A stretch of 51,816 bases of DNA, taken from assembly GCA_051866635.1 (NCBI GenBank), contig JBJDXJ010000022.1, forward strand, positions 1-51,816, in the 5' to 3' direction. The stretch is from Clostridia bacterium (GTDB taxonomy: Bacteria; Bacillota; Clostridia; UMGS1883). The position numbers were made by a program, and so were the translations under genes. The notes beneath the pieces are model-generated. The model saw only the letters and a list, made by a program, of their open reading frames with translations, was not told the DNA's origin and did not search any database. Below, one piece after another: positions 45,861 through 51,816 of this stretch (its first letter is position 1; every line of letters starts with the position of its first letter).

Positions 45861-47207
45861 ATGAGACCGATTTATAATGCATTAAATGACGAAAAATTTA
45901 AAAATCAAATACCGTTCCATATCCCCGGACATTTACGGGGCAGAGGGCTGAAGGATTTTGGATTTTCACTTAATATGGATGTAACGGAGCTTTATGAAAC
46001 AGACGATTTGCATGCACCTGAAGGTGTTATTAAGCAGTCGATGGACAACGCTGCAAAGGTATTTGGCAGTAAAAAAGCATATTACCTTGTAAACGGTTCT
46101 ACCTGCGGTGTACAGGCAATGGTGTTAGGCTTTGTGGGTGAGGGCGAAAAAATTATATGCGACCGTTACGCACACAAAAGCTTTGTATCAGCCCTTACTT
46201 TAAGCGGTGCGGAGCCTGTGTGGGTCACTCCCGATATTATCGATGACGGAACAATGTGGAGCGGAATAAAAGTTTCAAACATAGAAAAGGCAATGACTGA
46301 AAACCCTGATGCAAAAGCCGTTTACATTACTGCACCAAATTATTTCGGCATTATGGGTGATATAGAAGAAATTGCAAAAAAGGCACATGAAAAGGGTATG
46401 TATCTTTTAGTTGACGGTGCCCACGGTGCACATTACGGATTAAGCGAGCATTTACCGCCTGCCATAATAAAATTAGGGGCAGATGCGGTATGTATGAGCT
46501 TGCACAAAACTTTGCCAAGCCTTACTCAGACTGCAATCCTTTTAACAAACAAAAAGTACGAAAGGGTTGAAGATGCTTTGAAAATCGTACAGACATCTTC
46601 TCCGAGCTATTTGTTTACCGCTTCTTGTGAATATGCGGTCGAATTTTATGAAAAATGCGGAAAAGAGCCGTGGCAAAGGCTTTTTGAAGTGGTGGAAAGG
46701 TATTTTCCTGAACAGATTAAAAACTGCGAAGAAAGTGTAAAGTTTAAAGACTTTACACGCTTGAACATCCCTGTTTCAGGGAATTCTTACCGTGTGGCAG
46801 AAATTCTGCGTGAAGATTACAATATCGGTGTTGAATGTTGTTACGGCGGGGGAATTGTGGCAGTTTTGAACACATTTCACACTGAGGAGGAAATAAAAAA
46901 GCTACGCCATGCAATAGATTCTATCCATATACCTTATTCTGAAAAATTGCGTATTGCACCTTTTGAGGGCAAAAAAATATATTCGCCAAGACAAGCCTTT
47001 TTTGCAAAAAAAAGATGGATACCTTTTTTATTAGCCGCAGGAAAAGTATCTGCATCGGGTATTATGGTATATCCTCCCGGAGTGTACCAGGTGTTGCCCG
47101 GTGAGGAAATAAGTGACACAGCTGTGGCAGTTATCAATGAGCTTTTAAAAAAGGGTGCACAAATACCGTCGCTTTTCCAATCAAATTGCTTGATTTTTGA
47201 TGAATAA
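45861..47207 (+). CDS. PLP-dependent Orn/Lys/Arg decarboxylase (YaaO-like)
   Basis: FHIPGH, DVTEL, LVNGSTCG, HKS, VDGAHGAH, SLHKTL (PLP Lys), TSSPSY, YPPG. Confidence 0.9.
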   Translation: MRPIYNALNDEKFKNQIPFHIPGHLRGRGLKDFGFSLNMDVTELYETDDLHAPEGVIKQSMDNAAKVFGSKKAYYLVNGSTCGVQAMVLGFVGEGEKIICDRYAHKSFVSALTLSGAEPVWVTPDIIDDGTMWSGIKVSNIEKAMTENPDAKAVYITAPNYFGIMGDIEEIAKKAHEKGMYLLVDGAHGAHYGLSEHLPPAIIKLGADAVCMSLHKTLPSLTQTAILLTNKKYERVEDALKIVQTSSPSYLFTASCEYAVEFYEKCGKEPWQRLFEVVERYFPEQIKNCEESVKFKDFTRLNIPVSGNSYRVAEILREDYNIGVECCYGGGIVAVLNTFHTEEEIKKLRHAIDSIHIPYSEKLRIAPFEGKKIYSPRQAFFAKKRWIPFLLAAGKVSASGIMVYPPGVYQVLPGEEISDTAVAVINELLKKGAQIPSLFQSNCLIFDE

Positions 47208-47218
47208 TATAGTATAAT
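47190..47218 (+). promoter_or_regulatory. Putative sigma-A promoter for holB-ricT
   Basis: TTGATT-17 nt-TATAAT overlapping the end of the decarboxylase gene. Confidence 0.55.
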
Positions 47219-47253
47219 TATTTGAGTTTATCTTAACTGAAAGGATACTTGAC

Positions 47254-48246
47254 GTGACAGAGTTTTATATTGAAGGTCAGAGAGCATTGAAAATCCTTGA
47301 AAGGGATGTACAATCAAATACCGTGCGTCAGGGATATATCTTCGATGGCAGTGAGGGCATAGGTAAAAAAACTGCCGCAAGGCTTTTTGCAAAAATGCTT
47401 CTTTGTGAAGGTGAGCATAAGCCTTGCAGTGTTTGTCATTCATGCAGTATGTTTGAAGCGGGCAGTCATCCGGATGTTTATTACTTGAAAAATTCACCGG
47501 TGAAAATTGACGATGTAAGGGACATGAACAGTGAACTGTACATAAAGCCCTTTACTTCAAAGCGGAAGGTTTTCATTGTGGAACATGCAGATGAGATGAA
47601 TATTCCGGCACAGAACGCTTTTTTGAAGTCCTTTGAGGAACCGCCGGAGTATGCAGTTATTATTTTAATTGCATCAAGTTCAAAAAAGCTTTTGCCAACC
47701 ATTTTGTCAAGGGGTACTAAAATACCTTTTTCTCCTTTTCCCGAAGAAAAAATACGCGAATTTGTGGAAAAGAAATACGCTATTACAGGGGAAAGAGGTG
47801 CTTTTTTGGCAAAGTACAGCTCGGGCATCGTAGGCAGGGTGATAGATGTTGCGGAAGATGAGGAGTTTTATGCCATACGCCATGACATGATTATGAAAAT
47901 AAAGGACATGGCAGGTGACAGGGTAAGTATTTTGTCACTTATAGAGGCTTTTGGTGCAACAACAAGACGCATACCTGAAAAGTGCGGTTTATATTTTGAT
48001 ATTTTTATGGGCTTTTTTTCTGATGTGTCGGCACTGAAAAACGGTGGCAGAATTATAAACTCGGATTACAAAGATGTGATAGATGATTTTGCCGCAAAGG
48101 TAACGGGCAGGTCCGCAAGACGTGTTGTGGAAATTGCCGCAAAGGTTAAAAGTGAATTAAATCCATCGATGAAATATGATTTGTGGATTACAAATATGCT
48201 TATAAATTGCTGGGAGGAAATACATGGAACAGGTAATAGGAGTTAA
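47254..48246 (+). CDS. holB: DNA polymerase III subunit delta'
   Basis: GSEGIGKK, zinc motif C..PCSVCHSC, HPD, AQNAFLKSFEEPP, LLPTILSR. Confidence 0.92.
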   Translation: MTEFYIEGQRALKILERDVQSNTVRQGYIFDGSEGIGKKTAARLFAKMLLCEGEHKPCSVCHSCSMFEAGSHPDVYYLKNSPVKIDDVRDMNSELYIKPFTSKRKVFIVEHADEMNIPAQNAFLKSFEEPPEYAVIILIASSSKKLLPTILSRGTKIPFSPFPEEKIREFVEKKYAITGERGAFLAKYSSGIVGRVIDVAEDEEFYAIRHDMIMKIKDMAGDRVSILSLIEAFGATTRRIPEKCGLYFDIFMGFFSDVSALKNGGRIINSDYKDVIDDFAAKVTGRSARRVVEIAAKVKSELNPSMKYDLWITNMLINCWEEIHGTGNRS

Positions 48247-49096
48247 ATTTAAACGAGTGGGAAAGACTTATTATTTCTCACCTAACGGTACAAATCCTCA
48301 GGTTGGTGACGATGTAATTGTTGAAACAGCCCGTGGTGTTGAATACGGCAGAGTTGCAATGGGTATAAAGGAAGTTGAAGATGAGGAAATTGTGGCACCT
48401 TTAAAGCCCATTATCAGGGTTGCAACTAAAGAAGATGCAAAAACTTTGGAAGAAAACAAGAAAAAACAGGTTGAAGCATTTAAGATATGCGAGGAAAAAA
48501 TAGCTCATCACAAACTTGACATGAAGCTTGTTGATGTGGAATATACCTTTGACTGCAATAAGGTACTTTTTTATTTCACAAGCGACAAACGTGTTGACTT
48601 CCGTGAACTTGTAAAGGATCTTGCAAGTGTGTTCAGAACAAGAATTGAATTAAGGCAAATCGGTGTCCGTGATGAAGCTAAAATGTTGGGCGGATTGGGC
48701 GTATGCGGCAGAAACCTTTGCTGTGTACAGTACCTTGACGATTTCCAGCCTGTGTCAATAAAAATGGCAAAGGAACAGGGCTTAAGTCTTAACCCCACAA
48801 AAATCTCAGGCAATTGCGGAAGATTGATGTGCTGTTTAAAGTATGAACAGGACTGCTATGAAGAGCTTTTGAAGACAACACCGCGTGTAGGTGCATTGGT
48901 ATCAACACCTTCAGGTAAGGGTAATGTTATTTCCGTTTCTCTCTTAAAGGAAAAGGTAAAGGTTCAGCTTACAAAGGGCGATGAAACAGATATCGTTGAA
49001 ATGGATGTAAAGGATATTACAATTATCCGTGACGGCAAAAAGGTTCATGAGGATGATGAATACTCTGAGAATGAGTTAAAGGCTATACAGGATTGA
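48224..49096 (+). CDS. ricT: RicT/YaaT (PSP1 family)
   Basis: VIVETARGVEYG, RVDFRELVKDLA, RIELRQIGVRDEAK, CGRNLCC, CGRLMCCLKYE. Confidence 0.93.
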   Translation: MEQVIGVKFKRVGKTYYFSPNGTNPQVGDDVIVETARGVEYGRVAMGIKEVEDEEIVAPLKPIIRVATKEDAKTLEENKKKQVEAFKICEEKIAHHKLDMKLVDVEYTFDCNKVLFYFTSDKRVDFRELVKDLASVFRTRIELRQIGVRDEAKMLGGLGVCGRNLCCVQYLDDFQPVSIKMAKEQGLSLNPTKISGNCGRLMCCLKYEQDCYEELLKTTPRVGALVSTPSGKGNVISVSLLKEKVKVQLTKGDETDIVEMDVKDITIIRDGKKVHEDDEYSENELKAIQD

Positions 49097-49109
49097 TTGA
49101 GGGATTAGT

Positions 49110-50066
49110 ATGAAAATTGTAATACTTGATGCAATGACTTTGGGTGAGGGAATATCCCTTGAACCTATAAAAGCATTGGGTGATACGGTTATTTACGACA
49201 ATATCGAAAACGAAAAAATTGCCGAAGCATTAATTGATGCGGATGTATGCGTGACCAACAAAAAGCTTTTAGGCAGTCATAATCTTCATAATGCTAAAAA
49301 CTTGAAGCTTATTTGCCTTACTGCCACAGGCTACAATAATGTGAAGTTGGATTATTGCATCAGTCGTGGGATTAAGGTAAGGAATGTTCCCGGTTACTGC
49401 AAGGAAAGCGTGTGCCAGCACACCTTTGCCCTTCTTTTGTCGCTTATGGAATCACTTACCTATTATGACAGCTTTGTGAAAAACGGCTCCTATACAAAAA
49501 GTGGGCTTGCAAATCACATAGGCCGTCCCTTTGGTGAAATTTCGGGAAAAACTTGGGGCATTATCGGTCTTGGCGGTATCGGGAAAGAAGTTGCAAAGGT
49601 GGCAACAGCTTTCGGTGCAAATGTTATTTATGCACCAATATCTCACAAAAGCCGTAAGGAAGATTATCGGGAAGTTACAATAGATGAACTTTTTAAAACA
49701 AGCGATATTGTGTCCATACATTCCCCTTTGAATGATAAAACGGAAAACCTTGTAAATTACGAAAAACTGTCAATGATGAAAAAGGACGCTTTTCTCATAA
49801 ATGTAGGACGGGGAGCAATTGTAAATTCCCACGATTTGGTTGAAGCTGTTGACAAGGGCGTAATAAAAGGGGCAGGAATTGATGTGTACCCCTCTGAACC
49901 GCCTTCGGAGAATGACCCTTTCATGAACATTAAGCACCACGAAAGATTTGTGTTCACGCCCCATATTGCATGGGCATCCACCGAGGCAAGACAGCGTTGT
50001 GTTGATATCGTAGGTGAGAATATAAAGGCATTAATTGAAAATAAAGGATGTAACGATGTATGGTAA
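49110..50066 (+). CDS. D-isomer-specific 2-hydroxyacid dehydrogenase
   Basis: TATGYNNV, GIIGLGGIG, HSPL, INVGRG, DVYPSEP, TPHIAWAS. Confidence 0.9.
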   Translation: MKIVILDAMTLGEGISLEPIKALGDTVIYDNIENEKIAEALIDADVCVTNKKLLGSHNLHNAKNLKLICLTATGYNNVKLDYCISRGIKVRNVPGYCKESVCQHTFALLLSLMESLTYYDSFVKNGSYTKSGLANHIGRPFGEISGKTWGIIGLGGIGKEVAKVATAFGANVIYAPISHKSRKEDYREVTIDELFKTSDIVSIHSPLNDKTENLVNYEKLSMMKKDAFLINVGRGAIVNSHDLVEAVDKGVIKGAGIDVYPSEPPSENDPFMNIKHHERFVFTPHIAWASTEARQRCVDIVGENIKALIENKGCNDVW

Positions 50067-50707
50067 AAGGTGTTATTTTTGATCTTGACGGCACATTGAT
50101 AGACACTATTTCCGGTTTGGCAAATTCGGTAAATGCCGCTATGGATTATTACGGGTTTCCAAATCATACTGTGGAAGAATACCGTACATTTGTGGGGAAC
50201 GGTGTGGGCAAACTTGTTGAACGTGCCCTACCCGAAGGAAAGAAGCATATGGTGGGAGAGGCAAGAAAGGTATTTGAAAAGCATTATGAAAAAACAATGC
50301 TTGATATTCTGCCTGTGTATGACGGAATAAACGAGCTTTTAGAATATCTTTTGAATAAGGGCATAAAGATTGCGGTTAACACAAATAAAATGGATTTGTT
50401 TGCAAAGCCAATGATTGAAAAAGCCTTTGGTGATATATTTTCATTCGTTTTAGGTGAGGTTGATACATTCCCACGTAAGCCTGCTCCTGATGGAGTAAAT
50501 TATCTTTTGGACAAGATGGGTATTACAAAGGATGAATGTATTTTCATAGGCGACAGTCAGGTGGATATACAAACAGCGAAAAACGCCCACATGAGAGGCA
50601 TTTCCGTTACATGGGGGTTCGTAAATAAGGAAGTTTTGTCACAAAATGAGCCTATGGTAATGGTTGACACCCCTTATGAGATTATAGATTTGATTGAAAG
50701 GGATTAA
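50060..50707 (+). CDS. HAD-family hydrolase (phosphoglycolate phosphatase-like)
   Basis: FDLDGTL, TNK, KPAP, IGDSQVD, VTWGF. Confidence 0.9.
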   Translation: MVKGVIFDLDGTLIDTISGLANSVNAAMDYYGFPNHTVEEYRTFVGNGVGKLVERALPEGKKHMVGEARKVFEKHYEKTMLDILPVYDGINELLEYLLNKGIKIAVNTNKMDLFAKPMIEKAFGDIFSFVLGEVDTFPRKPAPDGVNYLLDKMGITKDECIFIGDSQVDIQTAKNAHMRGISVTWGFVNKEVLSQNEPMVMVDTPYEIIDLIERD

Positions 50708-50711
50708 TACA

Positions 50712-51816
50712 ATGCAGGATAATATTCGTAATTTCAGCATTATTGCACATATTGACCACGGTAAAAGCACACTTGCCGACAGATTGTTGGAATTGACAGG
50801 TGTGGTTGAAAGCCGTGATATGGAAGAACAGCTTCTTGATAATATGGAGCTTGAAAGAGAAAGAGGCATTACAATTAAAGCCAGGGCCGTAAGACTTAAT
50901 TATAAGGCAAAAGACGGCAAAGATTATGTTTTGAACCTTATCGATACCCCCGGTCATGTTGACTTTAATTACGAGGTTTCACGTTCTCTGGCGGCGTGCG
51001 AGGGTGCACTTTTAGTAGTTGATGCGGCACAGGGGATTGAAGCACAGACCTTGGCAAACACATACCTTGCCTTGGACCATAATCTTGAAATACTTCCCGT
51101 TATAAATAAAATTGACCTTCCCAGTGCACGTCCTGAATATGTTGCAAAAGAAATTGAGGATATTATCGGTATACCCGCAGAGGATGCACCTCAGATAAGT
51201 GCGAAAACAGGACTTAATGTTGAAAGTGTGTTAGAATATGTTGTGAATAATATTCCCGCACCTAAGGGTGACCCCAATGCCCCCACAAAGGCACTTATTT
51301 TCGACTCTTACTACGATTCTTATAAGGGCGTTATAGTATATTTTAGACTTGTTGACGGCTATATTGAGCCCGGTATGAAAATAAGGTTTATGGCAACAGG
51401 TGCTGAATTTGATGTTGTGGAAACGGGTTACCTTATGCCTAACGGACTTCAGAGTGCAAAAAGACTTTCAGCCGGTGAAGTTGGATATGTTGCCGCAAGT
51501 ATTAAAAACGTAAGGGATACAAGTGTTGGTGACACTATAACAAATGCCAACAACCCTGCATCCGAACCCCTGCCCGGCTACAGAAAGGTAAATCCTATGG
51601 TTTACTGCGGTATTTACCCGGCAGACGGTGCGAAGTACGGTGATTTACGTGACGCATTGGAGAAGCTGCAATTAAACGATGCGGCACTTTTGTTTGAGCC
51701 TGAGACAAGTGTGGCTTTGGGCTTTGGTTTCAGATGCGGATTTTTAGGTCTTTTGCATATGGAGATTATCCAGGAAAGACTTGAAAGGGAATTTAACCTT
51801 GACCTTGTTACAACTG
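50712..51816 (+). CDS. lepA: Translation elongation factor 4 (partial; runs off the window end)
   Basis: Manual translation [69 protein letters not shown]. Not in the ORF track because there is no stop codon in the window. Confidence 0.97.
   Translation, partial: MQDNIRNFSIIAHIDHGKSTLADRLLELTGVVESRDMEEQLLDNMELERERGITIKARAVRLNYKAKDGKDYVLNLIDTPGHVDFNYEVSRSLAACEGALLVVDAAQGIEAQTLANTYLALDHNLEILPVINKIDLPSARPEYVAKEIEDIIGIPAEDAPQISAKTGLNVESVLEYVVNNIPAPKGDPNAPTKALIFDSYYDSYKGVIVYFRLVDGYIEPGMKIRFMATGAEFDVVETGYLMPNGLQSAKRLSAGEVGYVAASIKNVRDTSVGDTITNANNPASEPLPGYRKVNPMVYCGIYPADGAKYGDLRDALEKLQLNDAALLFEPETSVALGFGFRCGFLGLLHMEIIQERLEREFNLDLVTT

Overview
A gene-dense, AT-rich chromosomal segment from an anaerobic Bacillota, most likely Clostridia. 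The taxonomy is inferred from gene content, sigma-A-type promoters and sporulation-associated genes. No rRNA, tRNA, CRISPR array, transposase or prophage gene is recognisable. Content in order: cinA-luxS-mtnN, a BMP-family nucleoside-type ABC transporter, apgM, xylB and a lipid kinase; an 11-gene minus-strand operon (LDH-like malate dehydrogenase, hdrB-hdrC-hdrA-mvhD/flxD-flxC-flxB-flxA, an anchor-less fumarate reductase pair and a two-subunit fumarate hydratase); a purF lacking the catalytic N-terminal Cys; a 2056-aa secreted modular alginate-lyase-family protein; SCP2, Fe-ADH, DUF421 and PHP genes; an ndoAI-ndoA (mazEF) toxin-antitoxin pair; PBP1A; a polar amino acid ABC operon ending in yerC/hisR, with a matching operator inside its promoter; ilvBNC; acyltransferase-decarboxylase-holB-ricT-2-hydroxyacid dehydrogenase-HAD; and a partial lepA. 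The three strongest observations are: (1) a complete oxaloacetate-to-succinate pathway co-located with an Hdr-Flx electron-bifurcation module and a soluble fumarate reductase; (2) an unannotated Ile/Leu/Val-rich leader peptide with terminator/antiterminator upstream of ilvB, suggesting ribosome-mediated attenuation where Bacillota usually use T-boxes; (3) a HisR-type palindrome that suggests histidine as the ABC transporter substrate. All calls come from motif recognition by eye; no database searches were run.
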